Shown here one piece after another: positions 37,531-51,522 of a stretch of 64,000 nucleotides of DNA. Below the pieces are notes generated by a model. That model was given only the letters and a program-made list of their open reading frames with translations, was not told where the DNA came from and made no database searches. How positions within the stretch are numbered: the stretch's first letter is position 1; each line of letters starts with the position of its first letter. The position numbers were made by a program, and so were the translations under genes. The stretch lies in the NCBI RefSeq assembly GCF_037042905.1, contig NC_087251.1, forward strand, positions 32,738,001 to 32,802,000. Reading direction: 5' to 3'. This DNA is from Lytechinus pictus. Its lineage: Eukaryota.

Positions 37531-38312
37531 TATAGTGAATGGGAAATATCTCCTTTTATTTTAGAAAAATAATTAATTTAAGTTTGTAAGGTCATAGGAT
37601 AGTTGTATGTAAACATTTTTGCAGGGATTTATGTATTGCATTATGAGTTGCCTTTCCTTTTTGAATAACGGAAGAAGGTGCTGCAGTTGTAGTATAGTTA
37701 ATTAAATGTTTTTTCTTATAGAAAGCAATGCAAGAAAAATGAAATCTCTTTTTTTTATTTTAGTGTTATGAAATTGAATAATTTTGTTTAAGCTATTCTT
37801 TAGTTCTCATAGTGCTGAAGTAATAATACAATGAAATTAGATAGATTATTTGACTGGGTGGTTCTGAAATCCATTTCCAATGGAAATTGTGAGCAGAAAT
37901 GTAAGTATTGCATTTAATCTCCCTCTGGATGTTAAATGATGACCTACTCAGTTATTTTAACGAGACCTTAGTATCATGAGAGGATTCTTATTAAAAGTAT
38001 ATTTCAGATAAGCCATATCTCAGATAAATCTCTGCCGTAAAGGTGGTTATAGTAGTAGAAGTAGTTGTCGCAGTAGCATAAGTAACAATGATGTTTAGCC
38101 CCAGCAATCGGTGAATTCAACCAATGAATGAAGCTTTGTTCAAGAAGAATAAATGTATCCATTTCCCTTTTTTTTGGGGGGGGGGTTGAATGCAGCAAAA
38201 TACAGATGAATTTCTTGCTGACTGAAATTAACACTGGCTGGGAATTGAAACTGTGTTCCTCTCGTTCAATATTACCAAGTTGAAGTCAAAGTCATAGGAG
38301 GAGAAGAAGGAA

Positions 38313-38332
38313 TAGTAGAAGTAGTAGCAGTA

Positions 38333-38384
<52 letters not shown>

Positions 38385-38407
38385 CAGCAGCAGCAGCAGT
38401 GGTAGTA
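38313..38407. repeat. (AGT)n/(AGC)n microsatellite
   Basis: Direct reading: agtagtagt...agcagcagc. Confidence 0.95.
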
Positions 38408-39043
38408 TTAAGTTGTAAAAGTCCACATTGATAAAATCTGAAGAAATATCCTGAATTATTTTAGACTAAGTATCAGACCGATGATAGTGGGCACGCATCC
38501 AATGAAATCTTGCCATCCAATCTTACTTCAAACTATTGCATGCTTGTAAGCAATGTTTGGAAACCCTATCCTTGCAATGCAAGGGAGAGATGGTTGACTG
38601 ATATCCGGTGTGAATAGAGACAGATAAAGTCCTCTCTCATTCTGTAAGAGATCATTTTTTGCTGCATTGTTGTCGAGAATTTTTTTTTTTTTCAAAATGG
38701 CCAATATTTTTGGAAGCAATCCAACTACATGTTATGTGCCTATTGCTCTTGACATTGTCAAATAAGTTGAAAAATAATAAGGTTATTGACATTTGTCGTA
38801 GTGTAAAATTGTGAATTTGGCATTGTCCCTTGCAGAAAGAAGTTGAGGTTGTATTGTGCAAAGTTACTTACGGTATGTAGCAGCTACATTATGCACTTAT
38901 GATTTTTTTTTTTTACAATTAAATTTTGGTTAAAAAACTGCCATCCTAAAAAAAAAAAAACATCTTTGAAATATAAAACCCACTCTCTGCAAGAACTGTG
39001 TGATTAATTTATTCTGTTCTATGGAACTGAGCTATTCCATTAC

Positions 39044-39375
39044 GGGAAGAGCTGTGGTGCAGTGGTTCTGACTCGCACCTTGTAATCAAAGGGTTGTGTG
39101 TTCAAATCCTACCACAGCCTAGCGTCCTTTGGCAAGGCGTTGATCCACACTTTGCCACTCTCCACCCGGGTGCTTGATGGGTACCTGATAGGATGTGAAA
39201 TTTCCTTGTAGCTGTCAGGTATTACGTGCACCTCAATGGTGACTGGCCATATTACTCCCCAGGGAGTGGATGTGCATACGTTTTGTGCAGGAATAAATGA
39301 TTGAATCCGATGAATGGGTTTGATAATAAATATTTATAGATGCGTACAATGTATGTTTTATAGCACTTTGAAAAT
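39044..39375 (+). mobile_element. tRNA-derived SINE (older copy)
   Basis: gtggtgcagtgg, gttcaaatcc, ctttggcaaggcg..ccacactttgccactctccacccgggtg..atgggtacc. Confidence 0.8.
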
Positions 39376-41662
39376 AAACCAGAATATTGATATTGATCAG
39401 TGGCTTAAACTTTTCAAATGATAACAAGTTTAAATGATTAAATAGTCAAATAGCTTAAGTTGGATTGCTTTCAAGAATGTGGGCTCTGTGGTGTGATAAA
39501 CTCAGGTTGTATAAACAAGTGCTGCAGGCAACACAAGCGAATTAATCAGAAATACACAATACTGGCCAAAGGTGTACCATTCAGTGGAGTGTATTATAAA
39601 GATTCAATCAAACTTAGATATAATTGTGAGGAGTACTAAGACAGCAGTACTAAACAGATGAACATGAAATGTAAAATGAATATTGTAATGGTTTTTAAAT
39701 ATCATGTACAGAAGTGAGATGATAGGAATGGCATGGTTAGCGCAAGTGTTAGATGGTTCTTAATTTTGAAATTAACAAAGTGATAACAAGCAAGGTGTTT
39801 ATAAGATTATTGTGAATGTAGGATGGAAGCATCATGTTATTTATCTTCAATTTCTTGTAGTTTTATAAAATATAGCTAAATGAAGATGAATCTATCATTC
39901 ACACTCAGTTACCATTCATCCAGAGTGGCATTTAGGAACTAAAAATTCATAATCCTGTATCTGAAGTTAAGTTTGAACAGTGTTTTGTTTCAAGAATTCT
40001 ATAACTAGTTCTCTTGAATTTATGGTCTCTTACCATTGCCAAAAGTCAATGCGACCACTGAGTTAAGAAAGGCCTATTCCAAGTTTTGAAAGCAATTCTG
40101 TGGGAATGTTGAGCTCTGTTCACATCACTGTTGTTTGGTTGCACGTGTGTGTAATCAATAACAAAACATCTGTGGCTAATCAAGATGTTCATCTAGTTTA
40201 ACTTACTTTCTATTATCCAATCAAAATCGTTTTTTAAATTTGCAATTGATTGAAAAGATTTGTGTTATTGGGCCTGGAAATGTTTAGGATTTGATGGAGT
40301 AGATTGGGTGGAGAAATAGTCTTAGATTCTCCTCATCAGATCATGTCTGATGTGAGCAAGAGTGTGACACATCACAATGGCTTGCACTTGCCTTTTTCAG
40401 GATTGCTTTGGTGCATACAAACCTTGCAAAGTTGACAAAATTTCATAAATTCCCAAAAAATTCTTCATGAACAAAGTCATATCCAAGTTATGTTTTTAAA
40501 TCTGTACAATCTTGTCCAGTATTTTTCTCAATACAGAATGGAAACAGCGCCATCTCGTGACATCAGATATCAATTGATTTCCATGATACTTTTCAACACT
40601 TTAGGAGATAAGCAGTTCAATCACAACTTTGATAAATAAGTTGAACGAAGTAGTTGAACATCTACACTGATCTAGAAAAAGATGCCAGTGGGATGTTGTG
40701 AGAAACTTATTTCATATTGATGCAAATATCAATTTGGAAAAAAAAAATCAGTAGATAAATGAAATCATGCATGCTGATTGGTTTAAATATCATCATGTAC
40801 CAACCAACCTTAATATAGGAATAGAATAGTACTAGTTATATAATACTACCCCCCCCCCCCAAAAAAAAGAGGAAAATCAGTCATTATTGAAAAGATTTTT
40901 ACAAGCCAAGCCAAGAGTTCTACTTTAAATTAACTCATGCATTGAATTTATTTCAAATATTTTAATTCAAAGAAATATGTTGCACTGAAAGTGATTTGTT
41001 ATCAATCCAATTAGTTGTTAAAAATTCCACCTTTAGTTCATACACTCATTTGGCTTCCCATATTGAAGTAATTGGTTAGGTCAAACGTTTCATTACGGAC
41101 AGCTTTTAGAAACGCCCATTTGATCAACAAGTTTTTGGAAAATCAAATAGGCATTAAAATGTGATTGATTCATGTTCTATTTCATGTTTATATAATATTG
41201 TAAATGAAGAGACTCTTACAAAATCTGTACGGAAGGTTGAAAAGGTTATTTATTTGAAATATGCCGCTCTTGCATTCGGGTGTTTTCCGTTTGTAATAGA
41301 TTGATTGTTTTTGTGTGAAGATTGTTTTTATTTGATGGTCTGTATATTTGTCAGGATGCCAAACATCAAGGAATAGTATGGTCATTGTAATTTTTGCTGT
41401 TTGTGGTGTGATTACTGACTCAAATTTGCTCGTCTTTAGCCAATACATGGCATTGATTTCTGGATGGTGCAGATATATTAAGGTTTGTAGTGGGTATTCA
41501 TAAAACAGTCATGTGACTTATGTTGTATTCAAGTCCTGCGAGGTGGGCTTTTTTCCTCATACGTGTGACCTTTCATTTCTGTGTGTTGAAATTTGTAATG
41601 ATGATTGCTTTGAAATAATTTGAGTTCTGATAATCTGAAATGTTTCATCCAGCCAGACACCA

Positions 41663-41803
41663 TGGGAATGTTTTCTGCATAATAAGGTCAGTGATTTTCA
41701 ATGACTTTTTTGTTATAAGCTACTGAAACTGTCTAATCTGATTGGTTCAGAGCAAATTTGTCAGTGAAAATCACCCCGAAGATGTTTCATGAAACCCTCC
41801 CCA
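41663..41803. mobile_element. Degenerate Harbinger-like MITE; inverted relative at ~15145-15260
   Basis: gttataagctactgaaa..ctgattggttcagagcaaatttgtcagtgaaaatca matches the reverse complement of tgattttcacagactaatttgccctcagccaatcag..tttccagtagcttgtaac. Confidence 0.6.
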
Positions 41804-41957
41804 GAAGTTTAGTCCAACTTTTTAAATTGTGGTGTATCCTGTGCCTGCTTAGCCCAGCTTGAGTGTAGACTTGCTGCAAAATGCACTGCTGCATCAGTGT
41901 TCAGACCATTGCTATTCTTTACTTCTCGCGTGTCTCCTTCTTGTACATGTACCTTAA

Positions 41958-42356
41958 AGGAAACCAAAACCCGAGAAGAGAAGCAATCTTATTGGAAAGA
42001 GTAAAACAAGAGGAACAATTTAAAACAAGTTCCATCAAAATTGATTATGAAATAGGCAAGTTATGGATGTTTAAAAAGTCTTGTACTTTCTATGGGGATC
42101 CTCAAATTGGCAAACATGCTTCAAAATGGCTGACAACCCTCCATTTGTTTTGTACACACATTTTCAGATGTTCCCCTTTATTTTACACATTTAACATCAT
42201 CTCCTCCTGACCTTGACATATGTGGTGTGAATCATATTTTCCCATAATATATGTTATGCTCAGGATAAGGCAATTTGCAATTTTCAAGATAATAGGGACA
42301 TTCTGAAAAATTGTGTAAAAACAAGTGGAGAGTTGTCTCTTGGGTTTTGGTTTCCT
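41958..42356. mobile_element. TTAA/Kolobok-like MITE (second family)
   Basis: TTAA|aggaaaccaaaaccc...gggttttggtttcct|TTAA. Confidence 0.88.
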
Positions 42357-45300
42357 TTAACACAAGTCCTGTCAATGAATGATATATCTTAAATTTAACC
42401 TTGCAGGTTCACTCGGCCATTTGGTTCTCTTATGCCCGACGTACACACTGCATGATCCATCGCGATGTGATTTTCAAACAAATTACAATAGCATTTGATG
42501 CGAACATTCACAATCAAAGTTCTGAATTGTCTTGTGATATACCAAAGGCGACATTTCAGTCTATTTTGAGCGTCCCAATCGGAATAAAATCAAATCGATT
42601 TCAAATCGAAATGACATCATCATCGGTTGTAACTTGAAGCCGATTTAGACTTTACTACAACTTCTAGATTTGCAGCAAAGCCAAATGTTGATTCTAGTTT
42701 TCCTAGCATTGTCCTGAACTTCAAATAGGATAATATCACTTCTCGGAACTTCAAAAAGGATAATATTACTTCTTCAAACTTGTTAATTTTTTTTGTCGCA
42801 GTCAGATCATGTAGTGTGTGGCGGGCTTCACAGTACACTGCTACGTACATATTGCCTCAATGGTGGTTAGTGCAGATTGTAAACTCGATGAATATGCTAA
42901 CTTTTTATTTGTGAGTAGCACAGTTGTCTTTGCCAGACCAAAGTATGTCTGTTTAAGTTGACCTGCTCTGCTGATTTTTTTATTGCCTGTAAAATATAGA
43001 ATACACTGTAAAAATTCACTGGTTTCCTTTAAAAAGTCATCAAATAATGTATTTATTATCTCACAATGCATCTTTTATATTAGATTGAAAAAAAATTACA
43101 TCTATAATAACCCTGATAATTTTAACTATCATTTGTTCTTTACAATTTTGGGTGTCGTGATTAATAAAGTGCAGAAATGTTTGCAACTTTTCAAAAAGTA
43201 TAATTTTGAACATGTGAACATGTAGCATATTAAGGTTAAGCAATCCCAATTTTCACTTCTAAATCATCTACCAAATATTTATAAGTAATCTTTATAACTT
43301 TTCGCTTCCATTTTCGATCTTGACTACACATTTTTTTGTTGTAGTTGTTGTAGTTGCAGCAATCAAATTGCAACACTTTTAAAGAAATTAATTTTTTGAT
43401 AGGACAGTGTTTTTTTGGCAAAATGATGAGACATCATTGTAATAAGTTTAGAGTTTAGTTTTGTCCAATTAGATATACTAAATATTTATTAAAGAGACAA
43501 ATGATGATGCTATTTGAAAGGATAATAATATATTGATAAGTATAATTCTGTATACATGTGTGATGTAACATACTGAGCCTAAAAGTACTAATTAGTTATG
43601 AAATGCTGTTTGTTTAGTATTCATCCATTTTAATATCCTGTGCAACTTCATCTATCATCACTCCACATTACATTGTTTCACAATTGATTCTTATTCCTTT
43701 GAATTCCATTCCATCAGAAATTGTGTTGTTTTCGAGATTTTCCAGAGTCAAAATTATGATTTGTGAACTGAACCGTGTCTGTATATATTGCACTTTTGAA
43801 ATGAACAGACAAATATATATATTTTTTATGACAGGATGATAACCTGCTTATCATGAAGACCTTTACCATTTGAAAAAAATTGAAATTATGTATCTTTGTC
43901 CTCCTGGTTGTTTTGATGTTTGTTTGTTTGTTGCTGTTTTTTTTTTCTTTTGTAAACTTTGACTTTATGATTAATGTATGGTGTGTTGGCCTTATAATCT
44001 TTTAAAGGCTTGTATTCACTGCTGTTAAACACTGTATTCCTTCAATATGAAATCATATCACTATGTGTTTTAGCTTTGGTTTGTATGTTGCCTATATGGA
44101 TGGCAGTTAAGGCATTTGTGTGTGAGTGTGTGATCAAATACGTTGGGGTCATTTGCTCAAATAAAACAATATGGTATCTATAAAGGGTAGTTTTACTTTC
44201 TAGTTTCCACACACTTACAATAAGAGGTTAAGTTTTGCTGTCTTACTAGTAACGAGGTACAATTGATTTATGTTTTATTATTTTTCGTGCCTGTGTTTTC
44301 GTTTTTTTTCCTTACTGCATATGAAGTAATGAATTCAGTTCTGTATTCACTTAAATAACAAGTTTATGATAATCTACAATGTATTCATTAATTTTCTTTC
44401 ACTAACAATATTAAATTAGCTTTGAATTTATTAAAAAAATCACTTTGCAGGGTAAAGTAAGAGGATGATATGAGTAATGTTATTACTTTGTATTTGTCTT
44501 TTTTGTATTTTCTTTTTAATTCTACATATATTTACACACTGCAAAGTTAGTTCTGTAGATTGATATAATATCAAAGTTCTTGTGACCCACAGAAGATGTC
44601 TTATTTTACTTTTTTGGGGAAAAATAAGTATTTTGGCCCTTTTGACACCAAGTTGATAAATTTCAATTCCCACAAGGAATGTTGATTTTCAAGTTAAAAG
44701 ATGCAAGCGATTATCAAAACCCAGGTTTTTTACATCACTTTTTCTGGTATTTTACAATTTACAATTTTTAGAAACTCATAGTATTCTTTCAAGCCAAAAA
44801 GAAAGGGTTTTTTTGTCTCTGTAGTTTATAAGTTGTATGTTATGTTATATTTTAGATTTCAGATTTGTATTTATTGTTCGTACTAATGCAATACAGACAA
44901 TGTAATGTCTCTGTAAAAATAGGTTTGTTTGAAGTACTCTATTCGTGCTGGATACACATTACTACAGCAACTTTACCAAAAAGAAAACATGTAATATGAG
45001 AAAAAAAAGTCAGTACATACTAGGAAAAAAAAATAGGTTTGAATGTATAATTTTGCTTCATTTATAATTATGTTTTAAAACATGATAAGTTTGTACTACT
45101 GTATGTACAGCATTTTCTTTTTTACTTATTTGTGTATATTTGTTCCAGTTTGTAATATATCTATATATCTATACATATATGTATTATTATCAAACCTCAC
45201 ATGTATATCATTCCTGTCATTTTATTATCATTTAATATGATTATATATAGATATATTAATGATTTGTAAACAGAAGCAGACAACAAAAAAATATTGAATT

Positions 45301-45555
45301 GAAATAAGGATATTAAAAGATGTGAAGTTGGCAGATTTTGTACAAAAATATATGAAAAGAAGTATTTGATGATCTTTGTTAACTTGTTGTTGCAGTAGTT
45401 GATGTCGTAAAAGTTCTGGTTGCTGAGAATGGTTGCATGTGTATGAGTGGACTGAGTGGATAGGGATGAATGAGGGAGGGTGATAAAGGTGAGGGCAAAA
45501 GAGATCTTTGGATTTAAAAAAACAAACCACACACTTGATTGACACAGACCACATA

Positions 45556-46277
45556 GACCCGTATTCTGAAGTCGGCTTAAACTAAGTTAGACCATGGTCT
45601 AACTCTGTGCTAATAAATACAAATTCTGTTCAAATGTGATAAACTTCATCCTTTTCAATTTGATGGACAAAATTGTATATTAAAAAGAAGTATAGAACGT
45701 CCATTTAATTTAATATACGAGAAGTGATGAGATACAAACAATAAACATTAGATCTACATGTAAATGGACAACAATAAAGAAAATAATAAACAATTAATAA
45801 CAATAAAGAAAAAGTAAATAGCAATTAAATAAACAATGTTTAACATCAAATTAATTTGTAAACAAACAGGAAGAACTGCGATGCGAAACCACGCGCTGAA
45901 TCATTTTTAAAAAATGGCTCTCGATAACTGAAAATGGCTCTCATAAAAACAAAAATGGCTCTCCTTTATTTTTCAAAATGGCTCCCTAAAAATAAAAGTA
46001 ATTTCAACACTGGTGCTAAAATTATGGGAAGCCAAATGTTTCAAAATTTTGTTTACAGTGAATGCTGTCCATGTTTACTGTGCTCTTTACTAATTCTTTA
46101 ATGGTGAAGACAACTGTCATACTTATCGTTTCCAGGCAGTTAATAATGTTTTGGGAGTCAAATGAGCTGATGCATTGAACCTCTACTGTTATAGATTTAT
46201 GTAACAAATGGCGTTCCATAGTTAAATCACAACTTAAAACCAGAGTTTAAATTAAACCGACTTAAGAATACGGGCCA
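45556..46277. mobile_element. Harbinger-like MITE split by a nested insertion (~45614-46012)
   Basis: Outer TIR cccgtattctgaagtcgg / ccgacttaagaatacggg; insert bounded by duplicated gtgctaa, ends ttcaacactg and carries 4x aaaatggctc. Confidence 0.65.
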
Positions 46278-46328
46278 TAATATTTTTATAATATTGAGTG
46301 GCATAAAGTGAGGTATATTTCCCAGTCT

Positions 46329-46598
46329 GGGCCCTGTCTAATTAATACTACTTAATAATTGATCCAATCAAGGTGAACTAAGGAAATCCAACAACCTCAT
46401 AATTTTTCATTCATGAAAATGAAGGACTGTAGAATCATCAAGTCACTGACGCATGCTGGAGTATAATTCGTATTCAGAGAAAGTTTTTAACAGACATATA
46501 CACATTATTATGTTGTGGTTGCTGGCTTTCCATAGTTATGATTGGCTTTCCATAGTTGTGATTGATCAGATCAATCACAACTCTTTATAAGACATGTC
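46329..46598. mobile_element. Degenerate Harbinger-like MITE (family of 63256-63563)
   Basis: gggccctgtct...gattgatcagatcaatcacaactctttataagac. Confidence 0.6.
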
Positions 46599-46616
46599 AG
46601 GCCTCAAGGGCAAATA

Positions 46617-46912
46617 TTAATAATAATAATGGTGTATAATTACATAGCGCACAGGTCCACCTTTCAATTCTCATGGCACTTTAAAAAAGGCCCTGCTATT
46701 ATTATTACCCTGGCTAAGCTCGGCAACCGATAAAGGCACAGACAGCTTTTTAAGGAATTACTTCCTGCCGGTACCCATTTACATCACCTGGGTCAAGTGC
46801 AGCACACAGTGAATGAATTCCTTGCTGAAGGAATTGCGCCATGGCTGGGATTCGAACCCACGACCCTCTGTTTCAAAGTCCAGAGACTAATCCACTGGGC
46901 CACAACGCTCCA
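46617..46912 (-). mobile_element. tRNA-derived SINE (same subfamily as 20284)
   Basis: Reverse complement of ggagcgttgtggcccagtggattagtctctggactttgaaacagagggtcgtgggttcgaatcccagccatggcg...; (taa)n tail at left. Confidence 0.92.
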
Positions 46913-48468
46913 CTACCCTTGCCCTAAGTAGGAGTAATATCAGATTATAGGTTTTTTTTCTCATTTAATGTCAGTCAGTATTGTAATATATTCTTTGTTA
47001 AAACAAATGCGCTGCAAAATAATTTTACTGCATCAATGATCCCACCAACAACATACAGCTAATAATGGCATTTATTATTTTGATTTGATGTATTGTTTTT
47101 CTGATATTTTAATGTTTGCCTACATTCTAGGATTAAACTCGATTGAAATTAAAAGAACAATACACAATGTATTTGAAAATTATACATTTAGGGTCAAGTT
47201 CCAAATACAGTTCTCATAACATAAAAATTTCAAATTCCAAACATTTAGAATTTGCATCGTCACGATGACCGCATACTGAAGACATTACCCAACTCTTCAT
47301 ACAGAGCACAGTGTTGGCACTGCCATATTTGTACAACTGGCATCTTTTAGCGAAATTTGAATTTTTACGTTTTTTATTGCATCTTTAGAAATTGGATGTT
47401 GAGACTTCTGATAAAATTGAATGATTGAATGTAAGTGGTGTCTGTATATAGATCTTCAAAATTTGTCATAATTGGTATGAATGTATGTAGACTATTTAAG
47501 TGGTTTTCCCCTTAACATGAAAAATCATGAATTTGAAGAGAAATGTGTGTGTGGGCGGTTGTGTGTGCATGAAAGAGAGTGAGAGTGTGTGTTAGGGTGA
47601 GGGTGTGTGTGTGTGGACAATTTGCTCAAATGCCAACATAATTATTAACACATTTCGTGCACTTTGAGCCCCATCCTATAGCTCCTTCTAGTTGGGAGGG
47701 GGTCAAAGAAGGGACTGAGAGACCCCCATCCCCCGATTGCTTCCTTTGTAATCTATTAATTTAATTATCAGGATAAATCTTTCAGCTTTCACATTTATAT
47801 TGGTTATATTACGATTTTATGTGTATTTTTAAATCCAAATTCCAATGATTATTTTGACAGTTTGACACTGGATAAGATAAATATAATTAAAATATTCACA
47901 CAAAGGTGTTAATAAGCTTTGTTTGCATAGGAGAACAAAGACTTTGATTTTAATTTATTAAAGTGTGGTTAACAAATCCAATAGTACATGGCTACCATGA
48001 GAATTGTAGGAAATAAAAAGTAACTCTTTATCACAAACATGATTATGAAATGTATACATTTCACACTCAAATGGTCAGACTGGAATAATTTTCCTGCTCT
48101 CGTTATAAAAAATCAATTCTAAGGCTAAAAACACGAAAGTAACTTGGATAGCGCTCTATTTTGCTTTAGTTTAGTTTCGGGTGTTGTTTGCCGATAGAAC
48201 CAATATCACAAGAGTAGGATGATGGAAGAAGGAATACAATTACAAAGTGAACATAGGTTCTTACAAACCATTGCTAGTCAGCTATTAATCATACACGATT
48301 TTAATAAGAAAATTAAACGATTGACCGAGATTAAATGAACATAGTACTGTAAAGCAATGCAAGGCTCTCCCACATAGCCGAGTTAGAGTCTCAAGTTGTG
48401 GCTTGCTGGCTCACATCATCTCGCTTGAAATAAAGAAAAGGGCTTTCATATGTATTTTCTGAAAACAT

Positions 48469-48640
48469 CAGACGCGGATCAAGGGTTCGGGGCGGGGGAG
48501 ATGTGTTGGTGCACCCCGTAAAATTGGACAATCTAATGGCGCAGCATGTTTGTTGAATGCATTTATTGCGAACCCTGTAAAGTAGAGATGACCCCTTTTT
48601 AAAGGCAAATTTGCACCCCGTTAAAGTGGATCTGCGCCTT
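48469..48640. mobile_element. Short hAT-like MITE
   Basis: Inverted ends gacgcggatc / gatctgcgcc; internal gcacccc repeats. Confidence 0.5.
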
Positions 48641-49454
48641 TGTGTCATTCATTTTTGACACTAAACTTTTTTCATTTAACTTGTATTTCAGGTAGGCCCT
48701 TCATGTAAATAAAATGGGCACATTATTGGACAATAAATTATACCTGCATCGATGCAAAAGATCGGTATATAGGCCGATACTTCCTTATAATTTGTAATAG
48801 ATATACGTAATGTATATATAGGTAATATGATGACTTCCTCTTTTCCTAATACTATTAATAGGCTCATTGAGCCATATTTCATCATCCACGAAGCCAGAAG
48901 TTAATTTTGGAAGGCGGGACAGAGCGCGCTCCCAAGGGCGTGGGATAGGTGCTTGAATGGGGAGTCTCACAGCCCCCACAAGCATGCAAAGCGCGAAGCT
49001 TCAGATGTTTGATAAAATTCAAAGCAAAGAGCACACCTCTCTTTCGTCTCTAATACATATAAGCTCGAATTTAATTGACTTTGCTGTGATTATAGAACTT
49101 GTTTTTGACAGAAATTGTGAACACGCCAAAAAGTGGATGAAGTGGAGATAGTAATTCCTCTTCTACCCAGAGTTTCCCCTTGGATGTAGACCCCCCCCCC
49201 TTTAATACAGGAAGGGTCTTACAGGGGTCCGTTATTGAGCGCCTACTGCACGGGGTCTCATTTGAAAGAACCCCCGGTATCTTTGGAGATTTTAGCCAAT
49301 AAAGTTGTTTAGGTTAACTCTTGCCAACGTAAGGCTTTACTTAGGTATAGGGACATAAGCTATACAGGGGATATGTCTAGCCCATATGTCTAGCCTTTGG
49401 CTAAGGACTTTTTTTGTCATGATTGCGACCATTCCTATAGACTTCGTACATATT

Positions 49455-49646
49455 TAGCGTACGCAGGATTGTTTTAAGGGGGGGGGGTTCAAGCTGAATT
49501 AATTTTACGTCGTTTCGTATACTCCAAAAAAATTGACAAGCAAAAAAAAAGAGACCTTCAAGCAAATATTAGGGGGGGGGGGGGTTGGGTATCATAAAAT
49601 TTTAGGGGGGTTAATGAACCCCTGTAACCACCCCATGCGTACGCCA
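49455..49646. mobile_element. Short hAT-like MITE
   Basis: Inverted ends gcgtacgca / tgcgtacgc with G-tracts. Confidence 0.5.
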
Positions 49647-50093
49647 CATGCCACCCATCTCTTTCTTCCCGTTCTTTATTTTCAATCCTCGGCAACCCAG
49701 TCGTCTTATCAAGTTCTTTTCTTGTTTTTGTTATTGTCCCTTTTCTTCATTTTCCAACTTAGCTTTTGGCTCATTCCATTCTAAGTTCATTTCCCTCCGC
49801 TTTTGCAACCATAATTTAATCCCCTCTCTATACTAATATCATGCTTATGTCTTAGTATTGCTGAATGATTTATTCAGTTTCTTGCTCACATGTTCTTCTT
49901 TCCTTCCCTTTCCCGCTTTCCTTCCGTTTTCCCTTTTCATGTTTTTTTTTCTTTGTTTTCTTTTCACTTTTTCCCCAGTCATCGGATTCAATCAGTCATT
50001 CCCGCACACAATGTGTGCACATCCTCCACTCCTTAGGGAGTATTCCAGTCAGTCGCCGGTGAGGCGCACACTGTCTTCAGTAGGCCTACTGAA

Positions 50094-50325
50094 CACTCTA
50101 AATTACAGGGATTTAAAATAAGTCCAGATGGACTGTAGCTAGGGACCAATCGATTTCTGAATTTAGTTTTAATCCTAACGACTTAAATTTATATCTCAAA
50201 TGATTTAAATTTAAATCTTTCGAGATTTAAAAATGAATCTTAAGGATTCAAACTAAATCCGGAATTCGATTGGTCCCTAACTACAGTCCATGTGGACTTG
50301 TTTTAAATCCCTGTAATTTAGAGTG
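50094..50325. mobile_element. Near-perfect palindromic MITE with CACTC...GAGTG ends
   Basis: cactctaaattacagggatttaaaa...ttttaaatccctgtaatttagagtg; ~85-bp arms. Confidence 0.88.
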
Positions 50326-50343
50326 TGGGCAAGCAACAATGAC

Positions 50344-50493
50344 TTTCACATCCTACCGGGTACCCATTTACCACCTGCATGGGTCGAGAGTGGCATAACA
50401 TTTCGCCAAGGGACGCCAGATCGCGGTGGGATTCGAACTCACGACCCTCTGTTTACAAGGCGAGAGTCAGGACCAGTACATCACGGCTCCTCC
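50344..50493 (-). mobile_element. Partial tRNA-derived SINE
   Basis: ccgggtacccattta...gggattcgaactcacgaccctctg. Confidence 0.75.
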
Positions 50494-50755
50494 ACTTCTT
50501 TTCCCGGTGACTCCGCCAGGTTGGGGGGGGGGGGGATGGGCAATGTAGCCTGCCACCCCTGCCCCCCGGCTATAGTATCGTAATTTTCCACGCGCAACGA
50601 GCAAAAGAAAAATGAGCTTGGAGAGAAGCAAATCCATCTCGTTTAGGTTTTCATTATTTTGAGAAAAGCAAGGAAAAGCTACGTAAAAGCTACCCTTCTT
50701 CTCTCAGTTTCATGAGCGTCAAGAAAATATATCGATGGGGGAGGGGAACATCTAT

Positions 50756-51395
50756 TACATCTAGAGGCATCAAGACAAAAGTGATTGCACATTTTAGTAG
50801 GGCCTATATCTTTTTTTTATCACCCCTCCCATTCCCTGATTAACTGCCCCCTATGGTGCCTAATACATCTAGAGGCATCCAGGCAAAAGTGATTTCACAT
50901 CAGCCTTTGATAACAAGAATACCCGATTACGTAATGTCTTTTCCTCCGTCTCGAATCCATGTACTGTGCGACGAAAATGCATTTGTCTATTAGTACGGCC
51001 TATATATTTTTTTATCACCCCTCCCATTCCCTGATTAACTGCCCCCTATGGTGCCTAAGTACATCTAGAGGCATCCAGACAAAAGTGATTGCACATTTTA
51101 GTAGGGCCTATATCTTTTTTTTATCACCCCTCCCATTCCCTGATTAACTGCCCCCTATGGTGCCTACTACATCTAGAGGCATCCAGACAAAAGTGATTGC
51201 ACATTTTAGTAGGTCCTATATCTTTTTTTTTATCACCCCTCCCATTCCCTGATTAACTGCCCCCTATGGTGCCTACTACATCTAGAGGCATTCAGGCAAA
51301 AGTGATTTCACATCAGCCTTTGATAACAAGAATAGGCCTACCCGATTACGTAATGTCTTTTCCTCCGTCTCGAATCATGTACATGCATTTGTTTA
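50756..51395. repeat. Compound ~108-bp tandem repeat immediately upstream of the 51523 ATG
   Basis: tacatctagaggcat..aaaagtgatt recurs at ~50757, 50864, 51060, 51168, 51277; two unit types with higher-order duplication. Confidence 0.92.
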
Positions 51396-51522
51396 TTACC
51401 ATACCTCGGCTGGCCTGCGACACGTGTTGCATTTAAATGCGCGCGTACACCATACATAGCTAGCGAATGTAAAATACAGCTCCGAAGAATTCTGTTGTGG
51501 TATCATTTGCAGTCAACTAACA

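Noticed and set aside
42402..42880. Probable transposon fragment (CpG-rich, internal short repeats)
   Set aside because: Termini and TSD could not be defined with confidence, so it is not listed as a feature.
50756..51395. Regularly spaced repeats (also 4427-4856 and 59580-61015) as a CRISPR-like array
   Set aside because: Whole units repeat with no unique spacers, there are no cas genes and the context is eukaryotic; these are tandem repeats.
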